A stretch of 64,000 nucleotides of DNA from Thermoanaerobaculia bacterium (GTDB lineage: Bacteria; Acidobacteriota; Thermoanaerobaculia; Multivoradales; DATKCC01). Shown piece after piece: positions 51,980 through 62,073 of the stretch. Location of the stretch: assembly GCA_033762835.1 (NCBI GenBank), contig JANRLG010000029.1, positions 12,795-76,794 on the forward strand, in the 5' to 3' direction. Under the pieces are notes generated by a model. The model had not been told where the DNA came from, searched no databases, and worked only from the letters and a program-made list of their open reading frames with translations. Position 1 is the first letter of the stretch, and each line of letters begins with the position of its first letter. The position numbers and the translations under genes are program-made.

Positions 51980-54067
51980 TCAGCCTGCCAACTGCCAGCT
52001 CAGGAACGCCAGGGTCTCGGCGGCGTTCTCGATGCGCACCTTGATCGGCTCGCCGCCCGAGTGGCCGGCCTGCAGATGGTAGCGGAGCAGGATCGGCTCG
52101 TTGCCGCCGTTGGCGGCTTGCAGCAGGGCCGCCATCTTGCGGGCGTGCAGCGGGGCGACGCGGGTGTCGCCGTCTCCCGTCACGAACAGCACGGCGGGGA
52201 ACTTCGTGCCCGGTCGGACGTTGTGGTACGGCGAGTAGGCGCGCAGGACCGCGAACTCCGACGCGTCTTCCGCCGAGCCGTATTCCGGCACCCAGAAGCG
52301 CGCCACCAGGAACAGGTGGTAGCGCAGCATGTCGAGCAGCGGATAGGAGCACACCGCCGCGCCGAAGAGCTCCGGTCGCTGGGTGATGGCCGCGCCCACC
52401 AGAAGGCCGCCGTTCGAACCGCCCGAGATCCCCAACCGGGCCGGCCGGGTGTAGCGCTCGCGGATCAGGTACTCGGCGGCGGCGTAGAAGTCGTCGAAGA
52501 CGTTCTGCTTCTTCTCCCGCATGCCCGCCTGGTGCCAGGCCTCGCCGAACTCGCCGCCGCCGCGCAGGTTGGCCACCGCCCAGACGCCGCCGGATTCCGC
52601 CCAGGCGAGGGCCATGGCGGAGAATGCCGGGGTCAGCGTCGAGGTGAAGCCGCCGTAGCCGGTCAGCAGCGTCGGGTTGTCGCCGTTGCGGGTGAGCCCC
52701 TTCTTGTGGAGCAGGAACATCGGCACCCGCGTGCCGTCCTTCGACGTGAACCAGGCTTGGGACACCTCGAAGGATGCCGGGTCGACCGGCACTTCGACGC
52801 GTGCCCACACTTGGTGAGTGCCCGAGCGGAGGTCGTAGCGGATGATCTCCGGGGGCACGTGGAAGGACGTGAAGGAAAGAAAGACCTCCGGCGAGTCCCA
52901 GGAGCCGATCCCGCCGGAGACACTGCCGATGGCCTCGAGCTCGAGCTCGCGCTGGCGCTGGCCGTCGGCGCTGAACACCACCACCTTGGACTTGACGTCT
53001 TCGAGGTAGCTGACCAGCAGGGAGCCGCCGACGGCGGTCGGCGCACCGTCCATGACCGCGCGGGGGTTCTCCGGTACCACCTCGCGCCAGTTCTCCCGTT
53101 CGGGCTGGGCGAGGTCCACCGCGAGCACACGCCCCTTCGGGGCTTGCCAGTTGGTGTGCAGGAACAGGGTGTGGCCGCCGATGACCCCGAGGAACCGGGC
53201 GGGGATGTCCTGGATCAGAGCGCGCGGTGCCGCGTCGACCCCGATGGCTTGGAGCCAGACCTCCGTTTGGTCGGCCGCCGAGCCGAACAAGACGAAGATC
53301 ACCAGGTACTTGCCGTCGTCGGAGAGGGTTTGGAAGACGATCTTCTCGGGCCCGAGACCGTGGCCGAAGATCTGGGTCTCCGAGCCGTCGACGAGCCGCC
53401 GGTAGACCCGCGGGCCGGTCTCCCGGTGCAGGGTGTAGTAGTACCCGTTGCCTTCCGGCAGGAAGCTCAGGCCGCCGAAGTACCGTCCCCGCGGCAGGCC
53501 GCCGGGAAGGTCCTGGCCGGTTTCGGTGTCGAGCAGGCGGATCTCGGTTTCGTCCTCGCCGCCCTTGCGCACCGAGTAAGCGAGGATGCGACCGTCGCGG
53601 GTGACGTCGATGAGCTCGACCGACATCGAGTGATCCGGCGACAACCGGTGGGGGTCGACCAGTGCACGGTCGGCACCGTCGACGCCCTGGCGGACGTACA
53701 GCACGGCGAGGTCCTGGTCCGCTCGCTGCCGGGCGAAGAAATACCGCCCGGCGCGCACCACCGGCAAGCTGAAGGTGTCGGTCGCCAGCAAGGGCCCCAG
53801 CCGGTCACGAAAGCTCCGGCGCGCCGGCAGAGCACCGAGCTGGGCATCGGTGTAGGCGTTTTGTTGGCCGATCCAGGCGCGAGTGGCGAGGCTTTCCTGG
53901 TCCTCGAGCCAGCGGTAGGGATCGGTGATCCGGACACCGTGGAGGTCCTCGGTGACGGGGTCGATGCGCGTCGCGGGTACGGGGGGAGCTTCCGCGATGT
54001 CAGCGCCCCAGGCGGTGAGGGGACTCGTCAAGGACAACATGGCAACCAACCAGACTCGATACATCAT
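51980..54067 (-). CDS. prolyl oligopeptidase (S9A family), secreted
   Basis: Signal peptide, beta-propeller N-domain, C-terminal alpha/beta hydrolase with the GGSNGG nucleophile elbow. Confidence 0.85.
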   Translation of the reverse strand: MMYRVWLVAMLSLTSPLTAWGADIAEAPPVPATRIDPVTEDLHGVRITDPYRWLEDQESLATRAWIGQQNAYTDAQLGALPARRSFRDRLGPLLATDTFSLPVVRAGRYFFARQRADQDLAVLYVRQGVDGADRALVDPHRLSPDHSMSVELIDVTRDGRILAYSVRKGGEDETEIRLLDTETGQDLPGGLPRGRYFGGLSFLPEGNGYYYTLHRETGPRVYRRLVDGSETQIFGHGLGPEKIVFQTLSDDGKYLVIFVLFGSAADQTEVWLQAIGVDAAPRALIQDIPARFLGVIGGHTLFLHTNWQAPKGRVLAVDLAQPERENWREVVPENPRAVMDGAPTAVGGSLLVSYLEDVKSKVVVFSADGQRQRELELEAIGSVSGGIGSWDSPEVFLSFTSFHVPPEIIRYDLRSGTHQVWARVEVPVDPASFEVSQAWFTSKDGTRVPMFLLHKKGLTRNGDNPTLLTGYGGFTSTLTPAFSAMALAWAESGGVWAVANLRGGGEFGEAWHQAGMREKKQNVFDDFYAAAEYLIRERYTRPARLGISGGSNGGLLVGAAITQRPELFGAAVCSYPLLDMLRYHLFLVARFWVPEYGSAEDASEFAVLRAYSPYHNVRPGTKFPAVLFVTGDGDTRVAPLHARKMAALLQAANGGNEPILLRYHLQAGHSGGEPIKVRIENAAETLAFLSWQLAG

Positions 54068-54182
54068 CGGTGTCTCCTCGCTAGGACAACGGGACGCCGG
54101 AGGAAACTTTCTCGAGGATTTCTTTCACCGCGCGAAATCTTGCCTCTCGGTAACATCCTGTGTCGTAGAGATTGACCCCGAC

Positions 54183-54959
54183 TCACCCCGGGAGGTTCAG
54201 TCGTGGCCTCGGCGGCAGTGGGCGCTCTCCGGCGAGGCCGGCCAGCCAACCTGACAACCCGAGCATCCCGACCACCCAGGCGAGGGCTAAGACGACCCCG
54301 AGAGCCAGCCCACCCCACTGCGTCGCCGAGGCCGCCGCGGCCCGCAGTTCATCCACTTTCTTGATCAGGTCGTCGCCGCGCAACAGGCCGGCAGAGGCCG
54401 CGAAGGGCGACAGGCGAGTCGCCAGGATGGAGCCGATCTCGTAGGCGTCACCGGTCACGCTGGTGAGCGGCGCCAACGCCACGGGTAGAGAAGCGCCATA
54501 GCGGAAGGCGTCCCCCCGGCGCCCCTCGCGCCGTAACCACCAGAGGCCCGGAAACAGCGTCAACAGGAAGGGGGCCAAGTCCGTGGCCAGGTAAACGAAG
54601 TCACTGCCGCCGGTTGAGAAGCCCGACAACCGTCCGGCGTATTCACTGGCCGGATGGACGAAGGGAAAGATCGCGGCGAACAGGTGCCCGCCGTACATCG
54701 GGGCAATCTCCAGCCGAGTGACCGTGCCGCCAGTGGCCACGCAGCCGAGGGCGTGGAGCAGCTCGTGCACGGGCACGTACAGCCACCAAGCCACGATCAT
54801 GCCGACGGCGACTTTGGCGAACGCGGGCCAGCCGCCGTCGAGGCAGCGTTCGAGCCCACGGAACACGTCGAGAAACGGGCTCGACCAAAGACGGGACGAA
54901 AAAGGCGGACCCGCGGGTCCGCCTTTCTGTTCGTCGAGGGAAGGGGGCGACGTCACCAC
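54183..54959 (-). CDS. membrane protein with HExxH zincin motif (DUF3267-like)
   Basis: VPVHELLHALGC within a TM region. 258-aa ORF; start uncertain. Confidence 0.45.
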   Translation of the reverse strand: MVTSPPSLDEQKGGPAGPPFSSRLWSSPFLDVFRGLERCLDGGWPAFAKVAVGMIVAWWLYVPVHELLHALGCVATGGTVTRLEIAPMYGGHLFAAIFPFVHPASEYAGRLSGFSTGGSDFVYLATDLAPFLLTLFPGLWWLRREGRRGDAFRYGASLPVALAPLTSVTGDAYEIGSILATRLSPFAASAGLLRGDDLIKKVDELRAAAASATQWGGLALGVVLALAWVVGMLGLSGWLAGLAGERPLPPRPRLNLPG

Positions 54960-57391
54960 GCCCAGGTCATGCTGGCCAGGGCCCGGCGGCCCAGGACGTC
55001 ACCACCGAAGGACTGGAAGTGTTCGTCGTCCGCCGCATTGCTGACGTTGAGGCCGAGCTGGAAGGTGTCGGTGACGCGGACCGAGGCGTCCACGTCGAGC
55101 ACTTCGTAGGACGGCACGAGCCCGTTGAACGGTCCGACGATCCAGCGGAACTCTTCGACCGCACGGAACGAGACCCCGGCGCGCCACCGGTCGGCGTCGT
55201 AGCCGATCGACAGGCCGTAGGTGTTCTCCGGCGTGTTGGGCTCGAGCTGCGCCGCCGACAGGCCGCCCGTGTCGACGATGTCGAAGTCGAACCAAGCGTA
55301 CTGAGCGTGGAAGTTCCAGCCGTTCTTGCGGTAGTCGAAGCCGAACTCGACGCCCTGGCTGTCGACCTGACCGAAGTTCGTGTAGGTGGCGAGCGCGATG
55401 ATCGGCGCGCCGTCCTTGTTGTTCGACAGGAAGGGCAACACGCCGCGCAGCGCCGGGTTCGAGGCAGCGAGGGCCGCAAGCTGCTGGAGCACGATCGCCC
55501 GGGCCTGGGCCGACAACGCGGCCGGCGGGGTGTAGGCACCGAACTGGCCGTTGAGCCGACCGGTGGCACCGAGGTTCGGCAGCAGGTCGGAGATGAAGTT
55601 CTCCGACTCGCTGTTGTAGTAGTCGATCGTCATGAAGGCGTTGCTGCCGAGAGCACCCAGGTAGCCGATCTCGAAGGTCTTGATCTCCTCGAGGTCGAGG
55701 TTCTCGTTACCCAGAGCGAGCACCGGGATGACGCTGAAGCCCAGGGAAACACCACCGAGGACGGGGCGCAGGGCCTGCTCGAGGGCCGCCAGGCTGATCG
55801 CCGAGGTCGTGGTGCCCGGGAAGGTCGTGCGCGCCTGGAGGAAGAACTCCGAGTAGTTCGCCACCTGGAACGCCTCGTTGTACGAGAAGCGCAGCGTGTG
55901 GTTGGGGTTCACCGACCACACCAGGGCACCCTTGGGGGTGAACTGGGCATCGTGCAGCGAGGAGTCGTCGTAGCGACCCGCGACGACCATCCGCAACGAA
56001 TCCGTGAAGTCCCACTCGAACTGGGCGAACGCCGCCTGGGAGTCGGAGTCGATCTTCGCGAAGGTCAGGGTCTGACGACCGGCGGCGTCGGCGGTGTCGA
56101 TCGACTCGTCGTTGTAGGACAGGCCACCGACGATCCGGCCGCGACCGCCGGCGACATCGAGGTTGCCCTGAAGCTCGGCGGCGTAGGTGGTCGAGTCGAG
56201 GAACAGCGGGGCGCCGGAGGCGAGCGAGCGCTGCTCACCGTCGCGACCATCCCAGTTCGCCAGGAAGTTCCAGCGCGGCGCGTTGTAGTTGACCCGCGCC
56301 CAGGGGCGCTCGACGTCCACCAACTGCACACGGCCGATGCCGGTTTGGAAAGCGGGGCCTTGGAGCTGGGCGTAGCCGCCTTCGACGGTGGCGACGTGGC
56401 CGTTCGCGAAGTACTTGTCGAAGCGCAGGCCGGAGAGGCCGATTTCGTCGTCGTTCTCCACCACCAGGGGGATCGCTTCGCGCGGCAGTCCGGCGTACTC
56501 GATGGCGGCGTTCCGAGACTTCGTGAAGTCGCCGCTCTCGCGCCAGCCGGCCACGAACTTGTAGGCCCAGCTGTCGGAGATCTCGCCGGCATGCCGGAAG
56601 TCGAGGTTCAGCGTCTCGAGCTCACCGGCGGTCAGCCGGACGAGCCCACCACCCGAGTCGCGCGGGTTCTTGGTGACCATGTTGAGCACGCCGTTGAAGG
56701 CGTTGGCGCCGTAGAGGGCGGAGCTCGGGCCGCGAACCAGCTCGACGCTTTGCAGGTCGTCCATGGGGAAGGAGATCGCCGCCCACTCCTGGGCGCCGAG
56801 GAACGGCACCGAGGGGTCGCGGCCGTCGATCAGCGTGACGACCCGGCGATTGAGCGAGCTGTTGAAGCCGCGCGTGTTCAGGTTGAAGTCGTACAGGCCG
56901 CTCTGGGTCACCTCGACGCCCGGGGTGAACTCGAGCAGCTTCGGCACCTGACCCGAGGACGCCTCTTGGGCGATCTCTTCCGCCGAGACGACGGTCACCG
57001 CGGCGGGCGCCTCGACGATCCGCTCCGGGCGCCGGGAAACGGCGGACACCGTGATCGTCTCGGTCAGGGTCAGCGGTTCACAAACGATCTCGACCTCGGT
57101 CTTCTGACCGGCCACGATCGTGTAGGTCGCAGTGCCGCGGCACTCGGCGCCGATCGCCTCGAGTTGACCCGGTCCCGCCGGCAGAGTGGCGAAGTCGAAC
57201 GTGCCCTCGGCTCCGGTGGTGGCGACGCGGGAGGGTCCGCGCAGGACCACCTGGGCGTCGGGAACCGGCGCCCCTTCGGGGGTCTGGACGCGGCCCGCGA
57301 GGGAACCGGCGTTGCCTTGGGCGTGAATCGGCGCGGCGGCCAACGTTAGGGCCGCAGCAAGAGCGAGGAACCTGGTCTTCTGGCTCAACAT
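54953..57391 (-). CDS. TonB-dependent receptor with carboxypeptidase-regulatory-like N-terminal domain
   Basis: GGGAGGAG SD, signal peptide, plug domain, long beta-barrel, C-terminal aromatic residue (...MTWAW). Confidence 0.8.
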   Translation of the reverse strand: MLSQKTRFLALAAALTLAAAPIHAQGNAGSLAGRVQTPEGAPVPDAQVVLRGPSRVATTGAEGTFDFATLPAGPGQLEAIGAECRGTATYTIVAGQKTEVEIVCEPLTLTETITVSAVSRRPERIVEAPAAVTVVSAEEIAQEASSGQVPKLLEFTPGVEVTQSGLYDFNLNTRGFNSSLNRRVVTLIDGRDPSVPFLGAQEWAAISFPMDDLQSVELVRGPSSALYGANAFNGVLNMVTKNPRDSGGGLVRLTAGELETLNLDFRHAGEISDSWAYKFVAGWRESGDFTKSRNAAIEYAGLPREAIPLVVENDDEIGLSGLRFDKYFANGHVATVEGGYAQLQGPAFQTGIGRVQLVDVERPWARVNYNAPRWNFLANWDGRDGEQRSLASGAPLFLDSTTYAAELQGNLDVAGGRGRIVGGLSYNDESIDTADAAGRQTLTFAKIDSDSQAAFAQFEWDFTDSLRMVVAGRYDDSSLHDAQFTPKGALVWSVNPNHTLRFSYNEAFQVANYSEFFLQARTTFPGTTTSAISLAALEQALRPVLGGVSLGFSVIPVLALGNENLDLEEIKTFEIGYLGALGSNAFMTIDYYNSESENFISDLLPNLGATGRLNGQFGAYTPPAALSAQARAIVLQQLAALAASNPALRGVLPFLSNNKDGAPIIALATYTNFGQVDSQGVEFGFDYRKNGWNFHAQYAWFDFDIVDTGGLSAAQLEPNTPENTYGLSIGYDADRWRAGVSFRAVEEFRWIVGPFNGLVPSYEVLDVDASVRVTDTFQLGLNVSNAADDEHFQSFGGDVLGRRALASMTWAW

Positions 57392-57551
57392 GAGACTCCT
57401 CCCGAGTCGAAGGGCGGCTCCGCGGTTCAGCGGATCGAGCGGAGCCCCAATCACGGTTGAATTCGAAGCCCCTTGTAACCAGCGCGCCGCGCCGTGTCAA
57501 GCCGCGCGGCGGCAAGGGTCGCGCGCGGGAGGGCCGTGTTAGATTTCGGCC

Positions 57552-58061
57552 ATGGTCGACACGCCGCGCGGACCCCTGGTCGGGGTGATCATGGGGTCGA
57601 GCTCCGACTGGGCGACGATGAAGGCGGCCCACGAGGTGCTCACGGCGTTCGGCGTCGCCCACGAGTGCCGGGTGGTTTCGGCCCACCGCACCCCAGGGCT
57701 CATGAACGACTACGCTGCCGGCGCCGCAGACCGCGGACTGCGGGTGATCATCGCGGGTGCCGGAGGGGCCGCCCATTTGCCGGGCATGGTGGCGGCGCAG
57801 ACCCGCTTGCCGGTGCTCGGGGTGCCGGTCCAGAGCCGCAGTCTTTCCGGCCTCGATTCGCTCTTGTCGATCGTCCAGATGCCCGGTGGAATCCCCGTCG
57901 GCACCCTCGCGATCGGCGAGGCCGGGGCCAAGAACGCGGCCCTTCTGGCGCTCCGCATGTTGGCCACCACGGACGCCGAGCTCGCGGCCCGGCTCGAGCA
58001 CCACCGAGCCGAGGAGGACCGGCGGGTGCGGGCCGAGGTGCTGCCCCCGGAAGGTCCGTGA
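57552..58061 (+). CDS. purE: N5-carboxyaminoimidazole ribonucleotide mutase
   Basis: 169 aa; the SAHRTP motif is conserved. Confidence 0.9.
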   Translation: MVDTPRGPLVGVIMGSSSDWATMKAAHEVLTAFGVAHECRVVSAHRTPGLMNDYAAGAADRGLRVIIAGAGGAAHLPGMVAAQTRLPVLGVPVQSRSLSGLDSLLSIVQMPGGIPVGTLAIGEAGAKNAALLALRMLATTDAELAARLEHHRAEEDRRVRAEVLPPEGP

Positions 58062-59200
58062 TCTCCCCCGGCGCGACCCTCGGCATTCTCGGTAGCGGCC
58101 AGCTCGGCCGCATGCTGGCCCTGTCCGCCCGGAGCCTCGGTTTCCGCGTCCACGTCTTCTCGCCCGAAGGCGGCGCGCCCGCTGGCCAGGTGGCGGATCG
58201 CGACGTCGTGGCGCCGTATCTCGACCTCGCGGCCCTGCGCCGTTTCGCCGCCGAGGTCGATGTCGTCACTTTCGAGTTCGAGAACGTTCCCGCGGTGTCC
58301 GCCGAGACGCTCGCCGAGTGCGTCCCCGTGCGGCCCGCCGGGCGGGTCCTGGCGACCACCCAGAACCGTTTGCGGGAGAAGCGCTTCCTAGCCGCCGCCG
58401 GATTTCCCGTGGCACCCTTCCGGGCCGCCCATTCGGCCGCCGAGCTGGGCGCCGCGGTGCGCGAGCTGGGCGCCCCCGTGATCGTCAAGACCGCCGGCTG
58501 GGGATACGACGGCAAGGGCCAAGTGCGCCTCGAGGGGCTCGACGGTGTCGCCGCCGCGTGGGAGAGACTGGCGACCGACGAAGCGGTGGTCGAAGCCGTC
58601 GTCGACTTCGAGTGTGAGCTGTCGGTGGTGGCGGCCCGCGGGGTGGACGGCGAGCTCGCCGACTACGGCGTCGTCGAAAATCGCCACGTGCACCACATCC
58701 TCGATCTCACGTTGGCGCCCGCGAGCCTCCCCGCGGCCACCGAGCGGGCCGCTCGGGAGATGGCCCGCGGGGTGCTCGAGAGTCTCGAGATCGTGGGCGT
58801 GCTCGGCGTCGAGATGTTCTTGACCCGGAGCGGCCAGCTGGTCATCAACGAGCTCGCTCCACGTCCCCACAACTCTGGGCACTGGACGCTCGACGGCGCC
58901 GCCACCAGCCAGTTCGAACAACAGCTGCGGGCCGTGTGCGGCTGGCCCTTGGGCTCGACCCGCCAGCACCGGCCGGCGGCGATGGCCAATCTGCTCGGAG
59001 ATCTGTGGGCCGACGGCGAGCCCGATTGGGCGGCCGCTCTCGCTGCGCCGGAAGTCCATCTTCATCTGTACGGCAAGGCGGAAGCTCGCCCCGGGCGCAA
59101 AATGGGCCACCTGACCGCCCTCGGCGATACCGTGGCGGAAGCCGCGGCCCGGGTAGCGGCGGCGCGGCGGGCGTTGCGCCGCCGGGAGGTCGTGGCATGA
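58058..59200 (+). CDS. purK: N5-carboxyaminoimidazole ribonucleotide synthase
   Basis: ATP-grasp fold. GTG start overlaps the purE stop (GTGA). Confidence 0.85.
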   Translation: MISPGATLGILGSGQLGRMLALSARSLGFRVHVFSPEGGAPAGQVADRDVVAPYLDLAALRRFAAEVDVVTFEFENVPAVSAETLAECVPVRPAGRVLATTQNRLREKRFLAAAGFPVAPFRAAHSAAELGAAVRELGAPVIVKTAGWGYDGKGQVRLEGLDGVAAAWERLATDEAVVEAVVDFECELSVVAARGVDGELADYGVVENRHVHHILDLTLAPASLPAATERAAREMARGVLESLEIVGVLGVEMFLTRSGQLVINELAPRPHNSGHWTLDGAATSQFEQQLRAVCGWPLGSTRQHRPAAMANLLGDLWADGEPDWAAALAAPEVHLHLYGKAEARPGRKMGHLTALGDTVAEAAARVAAARRALRRREVVA

Positions 59201-61392
59201 CGGCCGGTGCGCTCGTCGCCGGGGCCGCCCACGGGATACTGGCGCTCGTTCTCGGGGGCTCCTTCACCCTCCTGGGCTGGGCGCTCTCGACCCGGTTCGT
59301 GCCCCGCGAGGCCCCGCTGGCCGTGCGGCTGGCCGGCGCGGTCACCGTGACGCTGGCCGCCGCCACCGGGTTGTTCTGGGTGCTGGCTCTCGGCGGCCTG
59401 TTCCGGCTCGGCGTCGCCGTGCCGCTCGTCGCCGCTCTCGCCGCCTGGGCGTTCGTGCGCGCGGCGCGCTGCGGCTACGGCGCCGAGTGTCTGCGCGCCG
59501 AATGGGGCGCCGTGGCCCGGGCCGCCCGAGTGGTGTTCCGCGGCCCCGGGGGCTGGGTCTTCGGCGCCCTCACCGGGCTCGTCGGAGTGGCGACGATCCG
59601 CGGGCTCGTGGCGCCGCCGCTCGGTTGGGACGGGCTCACCTACCATCTGCTCAAGGCCGGCCGCTTCGTGCAGTCCGGGGCCCTGGTCACCGAGCGGGCA
59701 CCGGACGCTTGGCGTTACTACGAGTATTTCCCGCTCGGCGGGGACCTGCTCTGGGCCTGGGCGATGGTGCCCTTCCGCAGCGGGCTGCTGATCGCACTCG
59801 TCGATCTCGGCATCTGGGCGACCGTCGTGCTCGGTGTCTATGCCTCGGCCCGGCAGCTCGGAGCCACGCTCCGATTGGCCACACTCGCCGCGGCCGCCGT
59901 CGGTGCGATGCCGGCGGTGGTGGTCTTCCTTTCGACCGGGTACGTGGACAACGTCACGCTGGCGTTCTTCGCCCTGGGCTCGGTGTTCGTGCTGCGCGTC
60001 CTCGCCGGTGCCGTGGCCGAGGCGCCCCTCGCCACCGTGGCGCTGAGCTGCATGGTCGGGGTGCGCCTGACGACGGCGCCGCTGCTGGCCCTCGGCGGGC
60101 TCCTGGTGTTCGCGGCGGTGCTGCGCGGCTCCGGGTCGCTGAGCCGGCGGCTCGGTGCCGTGACCGTTTGTCTCGCCGTGGGGCTGCTCGGCGCGCCGAC
60201 GTACCTGCGTTCCTGGCTCGAGCAAGGCTCGCCGTTCCACCCGATCCGGGTGGTCGTGGCGGGCCAAGTGCTGTCGGAGGGCGAGCCGGCGTTGTACGAC
60301 ACGCTGGACCGGGTGGTCAGCGCGACGCCCGAGGATCGCCGCTCCCAACCCGGCTGGGCGAGCCTGTTCTACGCCTCGGCGCCGGAGGGGTGGTACGCCA
60401 ATCCCGGTCCCGGCGCGGCGATTCTGGTCGGCCTGGGCGGCCTGGGGGCCGCCGTCCTGCTGCGCCGGAGGCAGTGGGGGGCGTTGCTGTGGTTGGGTTT
60501 TTCCGCCGTCGTGTTGCTCGGCTCGTTGTGGACCGCGGAGATGACGGTCTATCGCGTGTCGGACTGGGCTCACACCGTCGGCCGCCTGCTCTTGCCCGGC
60601 TTCGGGGCTCTCGCATTGCTCGCGGCCAGCGTCGCCGGCTCGCGTTTCGAAAGACTCGGAGCGAGTCTGCTCGCGGTGGCCACCGGTGCCGGAATTCTGT
60701 GGTCATTTCCGCGCGGGCTGTCGGCGGCAGAGCTGCCGGGAACCGCAATTCTCCTCGTGGCCCTGGCGGTGGTGCTAGCCGCGCTGGCACTGCTGGCGAG
60801 GGGGCTTCGCCGTGGCGGTGCGCGCTGGAGCGCTCTCGCAGGCGGCGCGCTCGTCGTGGCTCTGGGTCTGGGTGTGGCGGACATCGTGCGGGCGGGGCAG
60901 CGTTATCCGCTCTATCAGGCCGCCGCCGTGTTCCCCGACGGGCTGTATCACCTCCACCCCCTCAACCAGTACCACATCGCCGCTTGGCCGATCTGGCGGG
61001 ATCTCGACCGGCCCGAGCCGCTGCGAGTGGCGGTCTTCGCCGGCTGGGACGGGCGCGGCCACAACATCTACCGTTTTCCCCTCCTCGGCAGCCGGCTGCA
61101 GAATCTGGTCCTCTACGTCCCGGTGACGCGGGACGGCAGCGTAGTCAACAGCTTCGAGTTCGAGGAAATCTCCAAGCGGGCCGACTTTCGCGCCTGGCTC
61201 GGCCGACTGGTCGCCGCGCGGGTCGACGTCGTGGTCTCACTCGCCCCCGCCATCGGCATCGAGGCCTACTGGATCGAACAATCCCCGGAGCTCTTCGAAC
61301 CGCTCGCGGCGGACACCTACGGCCTGACCAAGGCCTACCGCTTCCGCGCCGACCGGCTGCGCCCCGCCGGCCCGGCTCCGTCCGCACCCTGA
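59197..61392 (+). CDS. large multi-pass membrane protein (glycosyltransferase-39/ArnT-like or DUF2723-like)
   Basis: ATGA overlap with the purK stop. 731 aa with more than 12 predicted TM helices and a C-terminal soluble domain. Confidence 0.55.
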   Translation: MTAGALVAGAAHGILALVLGGSFTLLGWALSTRFVPREAPLAVRLAGAVTVTLAAATGLFWVLALGGLFRLGVAVPLVAALAAWAFVRAARCGYGAECLRAEWGAVARAARVVFRGPGGWVFGALTGLVGVATIRGLVAPPLGWDGLTYHLLKAGRFVQSGALVTERAPDAWRYYEYFPLGGDLLWAWAMVPFRSGLLIALVDLGIWATVVLGVYASARQLGATLRLATLAAAAVGAMPAVVVFLSTGYVDNVTLAFFALGSVFVLRVLAGAVAEAPLATVALSCMVGVRLTTAPLLALGGLLVFAAVLRGSGSLSRRLGAVTVCLAVGLLGAPTYLRSWLEQGSPFHPIRVVVAGQVLSEGEPALYDTLDRVVSATPEDRRSQPGWASLFYASAPEGWYANPGPGAAILVGLGGLGAAVLLRRRQWGALLWLGFSAVVLLGSLWTAEMTVYRVSDWAHTVGRLLLPGFGALALLAASVAGSRFERLGASLLAVATGAGILWSFPRGLSAAELPGTAILLVALAVVLAALALLARGLRRGGARWSALAGGALVVALGLGVADIVRAGQRYPLYQAAAVFPDGLYHLHPLNQYHIAAWPIWRDLDRPEPLRVAVFAGWDGRGHNIYRFPLLGSRLQNLVLYVPVTRDGSVVNSFEFEEISKRADFRAWLGRLVAARVDVVVSLAPAIGIEAYWIEQSPELFEPLAADTYGLTKAYRFRADRLRPAGPAPSAP

Positions 61393-61461
61393 GTAGCCTC
61401 GGCCGGGGACGGTGTTACACTCGCCGACAGCACATTTCCGACTCTCGGTCGAGGCCGTCTC

Positions 61462-62073
61462 TTGATCGACGACAAGCGAGAATTTCAAGAATTACCGGCG
61501 GTCACCGAGTACCTGCAGCGCTGGAGCGCGGGAAGCCCGGAGGCCATTGGTGCCGTCTTCGAGGAGCTCTACGGCGAGCTGCACCGAATCGCCGAACGGG
61601 CGATCTCGGGCGAACGGCGGGATCACACCCTGCAGGCCACGGCGATCGTCCACGAGGCTTTCCTGCGCTTTCAGCGGCAGCGCGGCAGTGTGCAGTGGGA
61701 AAGCCGGGGCCACTTCCTCGCGTTCGCCGCCCGCGTCATGCGCCAGCTGCTGACCGACTACGCCCGAGGCCGGGCACGCCTGCGCCGGGGCGGTGGGGAA
61801 CTGACCATCCACCTCGATTCCGAGGGCCTGGTGGCGCCGGCGACTCCCGAGGGTCTTCTCGATCTCGATTTGGCCCTCGACCGGCTGGCGAAACGCGACC
61901 CTCAGAAGGGCACGATCGTCGAGTTGCGTTTTTTCGCCGGTCTTTCGCGCGAGGAAATCGCCGAGGTGTTGGGCATTTCCCCCGTGACGGTCTCCCGCGA
62001 GTGGCGCCGGGCCAAGGGTTGGTTGCTGCTCGAGCTCGGTGCCTTGCCCGCCGCGGCGGAGCTCGATGATTGA
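61462..62073 (+). CDS. ECF-type sigma-70 family sigma factor (kinase-associated subgroup)
   Basis: Sigma region 2 (IVHEAFLRF) and region 4 HTH (LSREEIAEVLGISPVTVSREW). TTG start. Stop overlaps the kinase start. Confidence 0.75.
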   Translation: MIDDKREFQELPAVTEYLQRWSAGSPEAIGAVFEELYGELHRIAERAISGERRDHTLQATAIVHEAFLRFQRQRGSVQWESRGHFLAFAARVMRQLLTDYARGRARLRRGGGELTIHLDSEGLVAPATPEGLLDLDLALDRLAKRDPQKGTIVELRFFAGLSREEIAEVLGISPVTVSREWRRAKGWLLLELGALPAAAELDD